Shown here: positions 8,325-19,423 of the stretch, in pieces
Layout: every line of letters begins with the position of its first letter
Position numbering within the stretch: position 1 is the first letter of the stretch
DNA from: an uncultured Candidatus Sumerlaeota bacterium
Lineage (GTDB): Bacteria; Sumerlaeota; Sumerlaeia; Sumerlaeales; Sumerlaeaceae
Direction: 5' to 3'
Length of the DNA: 62,441 bases
NCBI GenBank assembly: GCA_964444305.1
Contig: CAYUGQ010000001.1
Location: forward strand, 1-62,441
The notes under the pieces: generated by a model
Seen by the model: only the letters and a program-made list of their open reading frames with translations
Told to the model about the DNA's origin: nothing
The model's database searches: none
Made by a program: the position numbers and the translations under genes

Positions 8325-11141
8325 ATGACGACTGACTTGGCCTTGGCATCAAACTCAGAATACCTGGAGAACAGCTACCAGGCCTGGAAAAAAGATCCGG
8401 GAAGCGTGCCCGCTGATCTGGCCAGTTTTTTTGAAGGCTTTGAGTTTGCGCAAAGCAGCAGCTGTGGAATTTCCGGTAAAAAGCAAGCTGCGGTTGACGC
8501 CCTTGTTTATCATTACCGCGATATCGGACATCGCTACGCCCAGATCAACCCTCTTGGCGATAACCCTGCCGAGACGCCTGAGCTGGAGCTGGAGGCATTC
8601 GGTCTTTCTGAAGACGACCTGGATACTATCTTTGACGCTGATGATATTCCAGGGCTATCCAGTGCCCCGTTGCGCGATATTATTGCCCACCTGAAGGCTA
8701 CCTATTGCGGTTATATCGGTGTGGAATATATGCATATTCAGAACACCGCCGAGCGCCGGTGGCTTCAGGAACGCATGGAGGGCACCCGCAATCAGCCCAG
8801 TTATAACCCCGACATGCACATGCGAATTTTGTGGAAGCTGCGTAAAGCCGAAATGTTCGAGCAGTATCTGCACACCACCTACCGGGGGCAGAAGCGCTTT
8901 TCTCTGGAGGGGGCGGAGACTCTGATTCCGGCTTTGGATCGCATGCTGGAGGTTTCGGTTGAGCATGGCGTGAAGGAAGTTATTGTCGGCATGGCCCATC
9001 GGGGTCGCTTGAACGTGTTGGCTAACATCCTTGAGAAAAGCTATGACGACATCTTCTCGGAGTTTGAAGACAACTTCCAAATCGACACCATCCACGGCGA
9101 CGGAGACGTTAAGTATCACAAAGGTTTCTCCAATGATCTGACCATTAATGGGCAGGACATCCACGTCTCCCTGACTCCGAACCCCAGCCATCTGGAAATG
9201 GTGGGCCCTGTGGTGAACGGCAAAGTCCGATCAAAACAAGCCATGCGGCAGGATCGCGAACGTCGCCAGGTGTTGCCTTTTATCATTCATGGTGATGCTG
9301 CATTTGCAGGGCAAGGCATTGTGGCTGAGACGTTTAATCTGTCGCAACTTCGTGGCTATCGCACAGGCGGCACGGTTCACTTTGTCATTAATAACCAGGT
9401 TGGGTTTACCACCACAGCCATTGATTACCTGAGCGGTCTTTATTGCACCGACGTGGCGAAAATGATGGCTGTCCCGATCTTCCATGTAAACGGCGACCAG
9501 CCGGAGCATGTCTTGCATTGTATGGATATCGCCATGGAATACCGCCAGACGTTTGGCAAAGACGTGGTTATCGACATGTGGTGTTATCGCCGCCACGGCC
9601 ACAACGAAGGTGACGAACCGTCCTTTACCCAGCCATTGCTGTATCATCGCATTCGCAAGCATCCGAGCGTTGATGATCTTTATGCGGAGGCGCTGGTCCG
9701 CCGGGGCGAGGATCTTTCGGCAGAAACCGCGGCCATGGCGGATGAATTCGAGAAACGCCTGGATGCTGCAAAGATTAAAGCAGCGGAGGCTCAGCGCGGT
9801 TATCAGGATGACGCGCTACGCGGCGGCAGATGGCGTGAGCTTCAGAGCGAATACAGTTTTGATCCTGTCTCAACGGCCGCCTCGCTAGGCGATTTACGCA
9901 GGGTGGGCGAAGTCCTTACCACCATCCCAGATGGGATGAAGATACACCGGGTGCCTCGTGAGCAGATGGAGCGTATCCGCCAGGCGACGCTTGGTAATGG
10001 GGCCCTTCGCTGGGCCGAGGCTGAACTGTTGGCTTTTGGCACGTTGCTGTTGGAAGATGCCGGTGTGCGCTTGAGCGGAGAAGACAGTGGCCGCGGCACT
10101 TTCAGTCAGCGTCATGCAGCTCTTTACGACCAGGTGACGGGCGAAAAATATGTGCCGCTTACGGCGCTGGACCATGATACCGTTGAATTTAAGGTTTATG
10201 ACTCAAGTCTCGCCGAACTTAGTGTGCTGGCATTTGAGTATGGATACTCCCTTGGTGATCCCAGCAAACTAATTATGTGGGAAGCTCAATTTGGCGATTT
10301 TGCCAATGGCGCCCAAGTGATTATCGATCAGTTTATTGCAGCCGGTCACAGTAAATGGAACCGTATGAGCGGACTCGTTCTTCTGTTGCCTCATGGTTAC
10401 GAGGGACAAGGACCGGAGCATTCAAACGCTTGGCTGAGCCGTTATTTGACGCTTTGCGCTGAGCAAAATATGGAAGTGGTTAATGCGACCACGCCCGCCC
10501 AGTATTTCCATGTCCTGCGGCGTCAAGTGAAGCGGAATTTCCGGCGGCCACTGATCATCATGACTCCGAAAAGTTTGTTGCGGCGGCCAGGGGTAACCAG
10601 TACCGTGGAAGAGTTGGCCACTGGACAGTTTGAAGAAATTATTGACGATCCGCGCCCGTTGCCCAGAGTCCGGCGAGTGTTGGTGTGCAGTGGAAAAGTC
10701 TATTATGATTTGATGCAGCAGGCGACAGAGGGTGCCATTGGCGACGATGTTGCTGTTGTAAGAATCGAACAGCTTTATCCGTTCCATCCCGATAAGTGGA
10801 ACGAACTGGTAGAAAAATACGAAAACGTAAAGGAATGGGCTTGGGTTAGCGAAGAACCCGTCAACTATGGTGCCTGGGGATTTGTGTTGCAACATCTCGA
10901 GTCCCTGCTGCCAACAGCCACTCTGTGGTATGTGGGGCGTGCTCGCTCTGCTTCTCCAGCGGTCGGCAGCAAACGCGCTCATGATAAACAGCAAGCTGCA
11001 ATTGTACGCTTTGCACTACAAGAGGAGCCACTCAGTGCGGAACTTGTTGACGGCGTTACCGTGTTTACCCTCGGTGATAAACTATGGCACATGAAATCAA
11101 AATCCCATCGGTCGGCGAGTCCGTCAGCGAAGGCACATTAG
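8325..11141 (+). CDS. sucA: 2-oxoglutarate dehydrogenase E1 component
   Basis: 938 aa. N-terminus [17 protein letters not shown]; thiamine-diphosphate region [42 protein letters not shown]; [15 protein letters not shown]. Confidence 0.95.
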   Translation: MTTDLALASNSEYLENSYQAWKKDPGSVPADLASFFEGFEFAQSSSCGISGKKQAAVDALVYHYRDIGHRYAQINPLGDNPAETPELELEAFGLSEDDLDTIFDADDIPGLSSAPLRDIIAHLKATYCGYIGVEYMHIQNTAERRWLQERMEGTRNQPSYNPDMHMRILWKLRKAEMFEQYLHTTYRGQKRFSLEGAETLIPALDRMLEVSVEHGVKEVIVGMAHRGRLNVLANILEKSYDDIFSEFEDNFQIDTIHGDGDVKYHKGFSNDLTINGQDIHVSLTPNPSHLEMVGPVVNGKVRSKQAMRQDRERRQVLPFIIHGDAAFAGQGIVAETFNLSQLRGYRTGGTVHFVINNQVGFTTTAIDYLSGLYCTDVAKMMAVPIFHVNGDQPEHVLHCMDIAMEYRQTFGKDVVIDMWCYRRHGHNEGDEPSFTQPLLYHRIRKHPSVDDLYAEALVRRGEDLSAETAAMADEFEKRLDAAKIKAAEAQRGYQDDALRGGRWRELQSEYSFDPVSTAASLGDLRRVGEVLTTIPDGMKIHRVPREQMERIRQATLGNGALRWAEAELLAFGTLLLEDAGVRLSGEDSGRGTFSQRHAALYDQVTGEKYVPLTALDHDTVEFKVYDSSLAELSVLAFEYGYSLGDPSKLIMWEAQFGDFANGAQVIIDQFIAAGHSKWNRMSGLVLLLPHGYEGQGPEHSNAWLSRYLTLCAEQNMEVVNATTPAQYFHVLRRQVKRNFRRPLIIMTPKSLLRRPGVTSTVEELATGQFEEIIDDPRPLPRVRRVLVCSGKVYYDLMQQATEGAIGDDVAVVRIEQLYPFHPDKWNELVEKYENVKEWAWVSEEPVNYGAWGFVLQHLESLLPTATLWYVGRARSASPAVGSKRAHDKQQAAIVRFALQEEPLSAELVDGVTVFTLGDKLWHMKSKSHRSASPSAKAH

Positions 11142-12607
11142 CCCAGTGGCTTAAAGGCGACGGCGACAGCGTCACCAAAGGTGAAAACATCGTTGTTATT
11201 GATACTGAGAAAGCCAGCCAGGATCTGCCGGCAGATGTCTCCGGCGTTCTGCGTATCACCGTGCAAGAAGGCACAGACGTCCAGATAGGACAGGTAATCG
11301 GTTACATTGAAGAAGGAGCTGCCGATCAGCCCGCAGCCGAAAGCAAACCCGCTTCTGCCCCTATCGACAATAAGGCCGCGGCATCGACCAATGGTACAGC
11401 CTCGGACGATACTCCATCTCCAACGGGTGAAGTATTTGATATTGTTGTTCCTGCCGCCGGTGAATCTGTCAGTGAAGGGACCATCGCTGAATGGGCCAAG
11501 GCTGACGGCGACTACGTCGTGCGTGGCCAGGATATCGTCGTTATTGATACCGAAAAGGCGTCTGCGGATCTGCAGGCCGAACATACGGGAATCCTGCGCA
11601 TCTTGTCGAAAGCCGGGGAAGATGTAACTATTGGTCAGGTCATTGGACGGATTGAGGCGGTGGACAAAGAACCCGCAGCGGAACAGGAAAAACCTCTCCA
11701 TGTGGCAGCTCCCACGCCTAAGCCGGGAACGCTTCAGCCGCCCGACCAGGTTCCTGCCGCCGAGGCCCGCGCTGCCGCTCAAGAACATCGTCCTCCTGTA
11801 AGTCCCACATCGGGCCAGAGCGTCGCATCAGCTCCCGCTGCTGATAAGGCAAAATCCCAGGCGGTTGAACCTCCGGCCACTGCGTTTGCTTCAACCAGCG
11901 ATGGCGAGCAGGCCACAACGCGCGAACCTATGACGCGTATGCGTCGCACCATCGCGTCACACCTCCTGAAGGCAAAGCAGGAAACGGCCATGCTGACCAC
12001 CTTTAATGAGGTGGATATGTCGGCTATCATGAAAATCCGCAAGAAGTATGGCGAAGCGTTTATCAAACGCCACGGTGTCAAACTTGGATTTATGAGCTTT
12101 TTCATCCAGGCCTGTACCGACGCCCTCATGCGCTTTCCGCTGGTCAATGCCTCCATTGATGGAAACGACATTATTTATCATCATTACGTCAATATGGCTG
12201 TTGCGGTCAGCACTGAACGGGGCCTGGCTGTGCCCGTCATTCGGAATGCTCACACCCTTAGCCACTCAGAAATCGAAGCCGCGCTAATCTCTATGGCACA
12301 GAAGGCCAAAACCGGCCGTATACCCCTGGAAGATTTGAAGGGTGGAACTTTCACCATCACCAATGGCGGCGTTTTTGGCAGCATGATGTCTACGCCTCTT
12401 ATCAATCCACCGCAGGTGGCGATTCTGGGAATGCATTCCATTGATCAGCGTGCCGTCGTCATTGATGGTAAGGTTGAGGTCCGACCGATGATGTACTTGG
12501 CTCTCAGCTATGATCACCGTCTGATCGATGGTAAAGAAGCTGTGCTCTTCTTGAATCATGTGAAGGATCGCATTGCTTCGCCCGAGCAATTGCTGATCGG
12601 TTTATAA
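11084..12607 (+). CDS. sucB: Dihydrolipoyllysine-residue succinyltransferase (E2o) with two tandem lipoyl domains
   Basis: Two lipoyl domains (both carry VVIDTEKAS), then a catalytic domain with [13 protein letters not shown]. The start overlaps the sucA 3' end by 58 nt. Confidence 0.93.
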   Translation: MAHEIKIPSVGESVSEGTLAQWLKGDGDSVTKGENIVVIDTEKASQDLPADVSGVLRITVQEGTDVQIGQVIGYIEEGAADQPAAESKPASAPIDNKAAASTNGTASDDTPSPTGEVFDIVVPAAGESVSEGTIAEWAKADGDYVVRGQDIVVIDTEKASADLQAEHTGILRILSKAGEDVTIGQVIGRIEAVDKEPAAEQEKPLHVAAPTPKPGTLQPPDQVPAAEARAAAQEHRPPVSPTSGQSVASAPAADKAKSQAVEPPATAFASTSDGEQATTREPMTRMRRTIASHLLKAKQETAMLTTFNEVDMSAIMKIRKKYGEAFIKRHGVKLGFMSFFIQACTDALMRFPLVNASIDGNDIIYHHYVNMAVAVSTERGLAVPVIRNAHTLSHSEIEAALISMAQKAKTGRIPLEDLKGGTFTITNGGVFGSMMSTPLINPPQVAILGMHSIDQRAVVIDGKVEVRPMMYLALSYDHRLIDGKEAVLFLNHVKDRIASPEQLLIGL

Positions 12608-12617
12608 ACATGGCAGG

Positions 12618-12646
12618 CCGCGGGTCTGTTTAGCGCCCGCGGTTTT
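12618..12646 (+). terminator. Intrinsic terminator after sucB, overlapping the 3' end of the convergent GT2 gene
   Basis: A 7-bp GC stem (12618-12624 ccgcggg pairs with 12636-12642 cccgcgg) followed by TTTT. Confidence 0.5.
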
Positions 12647-13331
12647 GCCACACATATTGCAGGCTTCGCACAGCGATTCGCCAGTTAAAAGTGCTCTCGC
12701 CGGCGCGACGCTCTTCAAATAAAATCGGTCTCTCCGTCATTCGCAGCCCTTTCTGGCGCGCAGCGATCAGTACTTCCTGCACAATCTCCGGACCCTGTGC
12801 GTTCAAATGTTCCCAGGGGATTTGTTCCAGCGCCTTGCGGTTAAATGTTCTGAAGCCCGTAGTGCAGTCCTTCACCGGCAGGCGCAGCATCATGCGGATA
12901 TATAGATTGGCCCCCAGAGTGATCATTCGTCTAATACCGTGGCGTCCGGTCTCACCCCCTCCCGCTACCAATCGGCTTCCGATTACCACGTCAGCTTGAT
13001 CATTCAGCAATGGTTCCATTAGCGCCGGGATAAACTTGGGATGATGGCTGTAATCGGCATCCATTTCCACAGCAATGTCATAGTCGTTATCCCGCGCAAA
13101 TAAAAACGCCGCAATGCCCGCCGTGCCCCGGCCACGCTCGGTAGTGCGGTGAATCAGATGAATTCGACTGTTATGCACCGCTAACTCCTGCACCACTCGC
13201 CAGGTCCCGTCCGGCGAGTTGTCGTCCACCACGAGAACCTGCATTCGCTCATCCAGCGCCAGCAGTTCTTCAATTAGAGGCAGGATATTTTCCGCTTCAT
13301 TGTATGTCGGCAGGGTAGCCAGGACTTTCAT
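12630..13331 (-). CDS. GT2 polyprenol/dolichol-phosphate mannose synthase-like glycosyltransferase
   Basis: LPTYNEAENI...VVDDNSPDGT...MDADYSHHP...GSRLVAGGG is a Dpm1/Ppm1-like pattern. Confidence 0.85.
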   Translation of the reverse strand: MKVLATLPTYNEAENILPLIEELLALDERMQVLVVDDNSPDGTWRVVQELAVHNSRIHLIHRTTERGRGTAGIAAFLFARDNDYDIAVEMDADYSHHPKFIPALMEPLLNDQADVVIGSRLVAGGGETGRHGIRRMITLGANLYIRMMLRLPVKDCTTGFRTFNRKALEQIPWEHLNAQGPEIVQEVLIAARQKGLRMTERPILFEERRAGESTFNWRIAVRSLQYVWQNRGR

Positions 13332-13456
13332 TGGACGTTTAACTTCAGCAAAGGCATTGATCTTTCACTTTGAGCTTTGCTGATTAAAATCCGCATGACC
13401 CTAATAAATTCCCATGCCTGAGCAGGCGATCACGTTTCCCTCATACAGGAGTTGAG

Positions 13457-14152
13457 ATGAGCGCACCAAAGCAGGAGCCATCCCCACAAAAGAAAGACAG
13501 CCAGGCCACCTCGCCAAGACAGGGCCGTAAAGAGCCTGTGGAGCGAGACATCATCCCGGTCTGGCTGATTGTAAGTATCTTCGCTGTAGTACTGGCGGTG
13601 ACGGCGTGGCTTCTTCATGATAACTGGACCGTCGATATGGCGCGCTATCGCTCAATTCGCGCGCAACAGACCGGGGATTTTAAAGGTGCTATTAAACACC
13701 TGAACAAATTGATCGATATCGCTAAAGAAGCGGAAGACGAACGTCGCGTTAATAACCCAACATTTCTTTCGGAGCTTGGGTATTCCTATTCGCGTCTGGA
13801 AGATTATGAAAACGCGTTGAAGTATTATCTGCTTGCCCAGCAACACCGCGCAAATATGGGCAATGATGAACAGGGAAATCCCCGTCCGCCCGCTGATTTC
13901 AGTAACCGTCTTGGCCATGTCTATTTCAAGCTGGGGAACCTGGAAGCGGCGGAAGAAGCACTGAATACTGCTATCGAACGCGACAAGCTGGACCCATTGG
14001 CAAACTTCACCCTGGGTGAACTGGCCATGCAGCGCGGCCAGTATATGGAGGCCGCAGATCATTTTAAAGTGGTGGTGTCCAACCCGAACTATGCGGAACA
14101 GGTCAGTGCTTATTACGACGAGATCGAGGAAAAGCTGTTCGCTGGAATTTGA
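13457..14152 (+). CDS. Membrane-anchored TPR-repeat protein
   Basis: One TM segment (IIPVWLIVSIFAVVLAVTAWLL) followed by TPR-like repeats (LGYSYSRLEDYENALKYYLLA, LGHVYFKLGNLEAAEEALNTAIERDKLDP). A GGAG Shine-Dalgarno sequence is present. Confidence 0.75.
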   Translation: MSAPKQEPSPQKKDSQATSPRQGRKEPVERDIIPVWLIVSIFAVVLAVTAWLLHDNWTVDMARYRSIRAQQTGDFKGAIKHLNKLIDIAKEAEDERRVNNPTFLSELGYSYSRLEDYENALKYYLLAQQHRANMGNDEQGNPRPPADFSNRLGHVYFKLGNLEAAEEALNTAIERDKLDPLANFTLGELAMQRGQYMEAADHFKVVVSNPNYAEQVSAYYDEIEEKLFAGI

Positions 14153-14274
14153 TCTTCGGCATCCTTCGTAACAGCTGGATGAAAATACACAAGTTTAATT
14201 AATCGAAAAATAATTCCTCTTACACTGCGGGTTTTGGTTGATCATCGGCCTCGATAGCGCAAACTTTTATCTCC

Positions 14275-16215
14275 ATGAAAGCAAGAATCCGCACACTGGG
14301 CAGGCTGGTGTTTGTTTTTGGAGTGGGGATCGGACTCCTTGCCTCACAAGGCCTGGCTGAGCCGATTCCGGAAACGACTCAGACTCTGCCGCGCAGTTTT
14401 AATGAAGCCCCCATGCTGGCAGAACTTGTGGCAGAGGGCAAACTTCCTCCTGTGGAAGAGCGTCTACCGGAAAACCCCGCTATCGTTACACCGGTGGAAC
14501 AGATTGGCAAGTATGGCGGCACCTTGCGACGCCAGGCCTCTAACGTAAACGACATACAGTTTAATTACCGCATGGGTTATGAGCCGCTGGTTCGCTGGGG
14601 GCGTGATGGCACCACTATCGAGCCGGGCATCGCCGAGCGATGGGAAATGCTTGATGGGGGCCGCACCTTTATCTTTCATTTGCGAAAGGGCATGAAATGG
14701 TCTGACGGTCACCCGCTGACTTCTGCCGACTTTAAGTTTACTTTTGATTATGTGTTGGACTATCCAGGTTTCTCCCACTTTTTCCTCCAGTGGCTGCGCA
14801 TGGATAACGAGTTGCCCGAATGTGAAACGCCAGACCCGTATACGGTGATCTATCGCTTTAAAACTCCTTACGGCAGCTTCCTGCGCGGTCTGGCTGCCTC
14901 TGGCCTTCAGCATGGGTTTTTCGGGCCAAAGCATTACCTCGAGCAGTTTCATGAGGCCTTGGTGCCGGAAGAAGAAATGCGGCGTATGGTGCGGGAGGCG
15001 GGGTTCGTCACCTGGTCAGATTTTTTCCTCCAGAGACTCGACCTCCATCGCAATCCCGATCTCCCCACGGCGGCGGCCTGGAAAATTGAGATCCCGCCAC
15101 CGGCCACCCGATGTACTGCTGTCCGCAACCCATATTACTATAAAGTGGATCCCGAGGGAAATCAGCTTCCATATATCGATCGCATGACCATCGACATGAC
15201 CTATGACCGCACGGTTCTGAACCTCAAAGTGGCGTCAGGAGAAGTCGATTTCCAGATGCGAAATGTTGACGCCAGCAACTTTACCCTGTTCCGTGAGCGC
15301 GGACGTCAACTTGGCTATCGCACTCTTGTTACCCCCAGCACCAACCCGATCTGCATTTATCTTAATCAGCACAGCCGTAACGAGAAACTGCGGCCGTATC
15401 TGAAGGATAGACGATTTCGGAAAGCCTTGTCTCACGCTATTAATCGCGAAGAACTGATCGAGCTGATATTTTCCGGACTGGCAACGACGAGCAGTGCCAT
15501 TTCCATGCCCTCTGATCCTTTCTACGTTCCGGGTGTGGAGTCTGCCAATATCGAGTATGATCCTGAACTGGCGAACCGACTTCTGGATGAAGTTGGTCTT
15601 AAACGGCGCAAATCCGATGGCCTTCGAACGTTCCCAGACGGTACACTGTTCGCCGAAATCATGAATGTCTATCCCAGCGAGGAAGGCTCCAATGCCGATC
15701 TCTGGCAGCTTGTCGTCGATTATTGGCGCGAGGTGGGGCTGAAGTTTACACCCAAGTTAGACGACCAGACCTTGGGTTTCCTGCAGGCCACTAACGGTAA
15801 CAGCGATTTCTTCTGCTATGCCAACGCAACGCTCCACTGGGACGTGGACGGGGTGTGGAAGGTTCCTATTTCAAACATGAGTTACCTCGCTCCTCTTTAC
15901 GGGACTTATTTCCAAACCGATGGGAAGCGCGGCGAAAAACCATCTGAAGACATGCAGCGACTGCTGGACTTATTTTATAATCTGCGAAGCACACCAGACC
16001 CCGAGGTTCGCGTCCATTATGGACAGCAAATCATTCGTCAGTGGGCGGAGGAATGCTATGTGGTGGGCCTGTGTCAGCCGCCCGTTCTTACGATTGCTTC
16101 TAACCGCCTGCGTAACGTGCCCGAGGTGATCAACTACGATTATCGCTTGAAATCACCCGGCTATATTAACGTCGAGCAGTTCTATCTCGATGACGAGACA
16201 GGGGATGCAAAGTGA
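14275..16215 (+). CDS. ABC transporter substrate-binding protein, family 5 (peptide/nickel type)
   Basis: Has a signal peptide, is 646 aa long, and is the first gene of a 5-gene Opp/Dpp-type operon. Confidence 0.85.
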   Translation: MKARIRTLGRLVFVFGVGIGLLASQGLAEPIPETTQTLPRSFNEAPMLAELVAEGKLPPVEERLPENPAIVTPVEQIGKYGGTLRRQASNVNDIQFNYRMGYEPLVRWGRDGTTIEPGIAERWEMLDGGRTFIFHLRKGMKWSDGHPLTSADFKFTFDYVLDYPGFSHFFLQWLRMDNELPECETPDPYTVIYRFKTPYGSFLRGLAASGLQHGFFGPKHYLEQFHEALVPEEEMRRMVREAGFVTWSDFFLQRLDLHRNPDLPTAAAWKIEIPPPATRCTAVRNPYYYKVDPEGNQLPYIDRMTIDMTYDRTVLNLKVASGEVDFQMRNVDASNFTLFRERGRQLGYRTLVTPSTNPICIYLNQHSRNEKLRPYLKDRRFRKALSHAINREELIELIFSGLATTSSAISMPSDPFYVPGVESANIEYDPELANRLLDEVGLKRRKSDGLRTFPDGTLFAEIMNVYPSEEGSNADLWQLVVDYWREVGLKFTPKLDDQTLGFLQATNGNSDFFCYANATLHWDVDGVWKVPISNMSYLAPLYGTYFQTDGKRGEKPSEDMQRLLDLFYNLRSTPDPEVRVHYGQQIIRQWAEECYVVGLCQPPVLTIASNRLRNVPEVINYDYRLKSPGYINVEQFYLDDETGDAK

Positions 16216-17207
16216 TCGGTTTTGCTTTGCGCCGGATCGGCGTCATGCTTATCACACTGATCTTCGTGTCCATGGTGACGTTTGTCATCATTCAATTGCC
16301 GCCCGGAGATTACCTCACCACGAAAATGGCAAATATGGCTATGAGCGGCGAACCTACCGGCGCTGATCAGATTGAGCAACTTCGTGCTCAGTACGGCCTC
16401 GACAAGCCCATTTATGTTCAATACGGTAAATGGATTTGGGGGATGTTGCAGGGTGATCTGGGGAACAGTTTTTTGCGGGATACCCCCGTCCGTGATCTAA
16501 TATGGGACCGGCTCGGTTATACTACCCTTATCGCCATGCTGGCCATGCTCGTGGCCTGGATTGTGTCCCTCCCCATAGGCATCTATGCCGCCGTGCGCCA
16601 GTATGGAATCGTCGATTATATCGCCACGTTTTTCGGTCTGGTAGGAATGGCTACCCCACCGTTTTTACTTGCGCTGATTATGTTGTTTTTCGCGAACCGA
16701 TATTGGGGTCAAAACCTTGGTGGTCTCTTTGATGAGCACTATATTAATGCTCCCTGGAGCATCGGTCGCGTGTTCAATCTGCTTAAACACCTATGGCTGC
16801 CGGTCTTGGTCTTGTCCATTGGCGCTATGGGCGGGATGATCCGCACAGTCCGCGCAAACCTCTTGGATCAAATGCAGATGCCTTACGTTGACACTGCCCG
16901 GGCCAAAGGGATGTCTGAGTGGAAACTGATTATAAAATATCCTACTCGCATCGCTATCAACCCTCTTATCAGCACGATTGGCTGGATGCTTCCTCAGCTT
17001 ATCTCTGCAACCGTCATTGTGGATGTTGTTTTAAGTTTGCCCACAACCGGGCCCTTGCTTCTGGAATCTCTCCTGGCCCAGGACATGTACCTCGCCGGGG
17101 CACTGGTAATGATGCTCGCCATCCTCACCATGATAGGCACCTTAATTTCCGATGTGTTGCTTGCCTGGGCGGATCCTCGCATCAGGTTTGAAGGAGGAAG
17201 CCGATGA
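16212..17207 (+). CDS. ABC transporter permease (OppB/DppB-like)
   Basis: N-terminus LRRIGVMLITLIFVSMVTFVIIQLPPGDY. The GTGA start overlaps the stop of the preceding gene. Confidence 0.9.
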   Translation: MIGFALRRIGVMLITLIFVSMVTFVIIQLPPGDYLTTKMANMAMSGEPTGADQIEQLRAQYGLDKPIYVQYGKWIWGMLQGDLGNSFLRDTPVRDLIWDRLGYTTLIAMLAMLVAWIVSLPIGIYAAVRQYGIVDYIATFFGLVGMATPPFLLALIMLFFANRYWGQNLGGLFDEHYINAPWSIGRVFNLLKHLWLPVLVLSIGAMGGMIRTVRANLLDQMQMPYVDTARAKGMSEWKLIIKYPTRIAINPLISTIGWMLPQLISATVIVDVVLSLPTTGPLLLESLLAQDMYLAGALVMMLAILTMIGTLISDVLLAWADPRIRFEGGSR

Positions 17208-18334
17208 GCGTTTCCTCTCCGCTGGAAGTCCCGGAGCTTGCCGTTCCCGGCGAAACGGAACTCCAGCGTCTCACTCCCCGGCGATTGATGTGGCTAAAAT
17301 TCAAGGACCATAAAGTTGCCTGGTGGTCCCTGCTGCTTTTGGCCCTTCTATATATTATCGCTGTTTTTTGCGAATTTGTTTCTCCAGCTAACCCGTGGGT
17401 GCGAGACGCGGACCACCGCTTCGCTCCGCCACAGCGCGTCCGGCTCATCCATGAGGGACAGCTCCACCGGCCGTTTGTCTATCCGTTGATCCAGCAAAAA
17501 GATCCATATTCTCTTCGCCTCAGCTATACCCTTGATACCAGTCGTCCTACACCGCTGACGCTTTTTACCCGTGGTCACGAGTATGATATGTGGGGCATGT
17601 GGAGCGGAAATTTACATCTACTGGGCACCACCACCGGCGAACCGGTCTTCCTTCTCGGCGCCGACCGCATGGGGCGTGATCTCCTCAGCCGCGTATTTTA
17701 TGGCAGCCGCATTTCTCTCAGTATCGGGTTGGTAGGTGTGTTTCTCAGCCTCATTTTGGGCGTCATCATTGGTGGAATCTCTGGTTATTATGGCGGCTGG
17801 ATTGACGGCTTCATCCAACGAATTATTGAGGTGCTGAGGTCGTTCCCCACCATTCCGTTATGGCTCGCCTTATCGGCTGCAATACCCGCAACAGTCAGCG
17901 ATCTAACGGTTTATTTCTTCATGACTGTCATTATCGCTCTTATTGGCTGGACAAGCCTTGCACGAGTTGTCCGGGGAAAATTTCTAGCTTTGCGCGAAGA
18001 AGATTATGTTCTATCTGCTCGCGTTGCCGGCGTAAAAGAAATGACCATCATACGCCGCCATCTCGTCCCCGGATTCACGAGTCATCTGATCGTCCACGTG
18101 ACCCTGGCGATTCCCGGAATGATTTTAGCCGAAACTTCGCTGAGCTTCTTGCGCCTCGGCCTGCGGCCGCCCACCATTAGCTGGGGCGTGCTGCTACAAG
18201 ATGCCCAGGATATCACTGCCCTCACGCTTCACCCGTGGCTGCTCTCGCCGGCTGTATTTGTAATTGTGGCTGTGTTGGCCTATAATTTTGTCGGAGATGG
18301 TCTGCGCGACGCGGCCGATCCCTATCGCCAGTAA
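17204..18334 (+). CDS. ABC transporter permease (OppC/DppC-like)
   Basis: LLGADRMGRDLLSRVFYGSRISL motif. ATGA start-stop overlap with the preceding gene. Confidence 0.9.
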   Translation: MSVSSPLEVPELAVPGETELQRLTPRRLMWLKFKDHKVAWWSLLLLALLYIIAVFCEFVSPANPWVRDADHRFAPPQRVRLIHEGQLHRPFVYPLIQQKDPYSLRLSYTLDTSRPTPLTLFTRGHEYDMWGMWSGNLHLLGTTTGEPVFLLGADRMGRDLLSRVFYGSRISLSIGLVGVFLSLILGVIIGGISGYYGGWIDGFIQRIIEVLRSFPTIPLWLALSAAIPATVSDLTVYFFMTVIIALIGWTSLARVVRGKFLALREEDYVLSARVAGVKEMTIIRRHLVPGFTSHLIVHVTLAIPGMILAETSLSFLRLGLRPPTISWGVLLQDAQDITALTLHPWLLSPAVFVIVAVLAYNFVGDGLRDAADPYRQ

Positions 18335-18355
18335 AAGGATAAAGGAGGGGACCAA

Positions 18356-19423
18356 ATGGCTGATCTTTTAAGTATCGAAAATCTGCAGGTGAAGTTTAAC
18401 CTGCGTGAAGGTGATGTCTTTGCGCTGCATGATGTCACCCTTCCGGTCGCCGCCGGACGCGTCCTGGCCGTGGTGGGAGAAAGCGGCTGCGGCAAAAGCA
18501 TGACCGCGAAAGCTGTATTAGGCCTCCTTCCTCAGCGAGCCAAAATCACCGGAGGCCGCATTTTGCTGTATCCGGAAAAAGGCGGAGGTGCTCCTCTGGA
18601 TATTGCCGCCTTGCCGCCAAACAGCCCGCCCCTGCGTGCCTTGCGGGGTAAGCGAATTTCCATGATTTTCCAGGAACCAATGGCCTCATTCTCGCCGGTC
18701 CATACCATTGGCGAACAGATCGCCGAGGTCGTCCGTCTTCACGAAAAACTGTCAGCCGCCCAGGTGCGCGAACGGGTCATTGAGATTTTGGGACTCGTCA
18801 GCATTCCCTCTCCCGAAACACGAATGCATGCCTATCCTCACCAGCTATCGGGCGGCTTGCGCCAACGCGCCATGATCGCAATGGCCCTTGTTTGTAATCC
18901 TGAACTGGTCATAGCCGATGAACCCACCACGGCGCTCGACGTCACCATTCAGGGACAGATTCTTAATCTGTTGCGCGATCTTCAAAAACGCCTTCATATG
19001 GCTGTCATGCTTATAACGCACGATCTTGGCGTGGTAGCCCAGGTGGCTGACGACGTCGCCGTGATGTATCTTGGCCGCGTTGTAGAACGGAACTCCGTCG
19101 AAGGAATTTTTCAGTCGCCTCGCCACCCGTATACACGGGGGATGTTGGAAAGTGTTCCTCGTTTAGGAACAGGAAATACACAGCGCCTGACAGCAATACC
19201 GGGCAGTGTGCCCAGCGTTTACATGCGCCTTCCGGGGTGTCCATTTCATCCAAGATGCCCTTTTAAGATCGAAGGCGTATGTGATCGCGGGGCCCCACCA
19301 CCCATGGTCAGTTTTGATGACGGCGGACAGGCAGCATGCCATCTTTACACCGATGGCCGGAACGGTTTTCCTCCAGATGCCGAAACTCGATACAACCGCG
19401 AATCTGCGGAGGTGCCATCATGA
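18356..19423 (+). CDS. ABC transporter ATP-binding protein (OppD/DppD-like)
   Basis: Walker A GESGCGKS, signature LSGGLRQR, Walker B LVIADEPT, and a C-terminal oligopeptide-type Cys/His tail. A GGAGG Shine-Dalgarno sequence is present. Confidence 0.92.
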   Translation: MADLLSIENLQVKFNLREGDVFALHDVTLPVAAGRVLAVVGESGCGKSMTAKAVLGLLPQRAKITGGRILLYPEKGGGAPLDIAALPPNSPPLRALRGKRISMIFQEPMASFSPVHTIGEQIAEVVRLHEKLSAAQVRERVIEILGLVSIPSPETRMHAYPHQLSGGLRQRAMIAMALVCNPELVIADEPTTALDVTIQGQILNLLRDLQKRLHMAVMLITHDLGVVAQVADDVAVMYLGRVVERNSVEGIFQSPRHPYTRGMLESVPRLGTGNTQRLTAIPGSVPSVYMRLPGCPFHPRCPFKIEGVCDRGAPPPMVSFDDGGQAACHLYTDGRNGFPPDAETRYNRESAEVPS

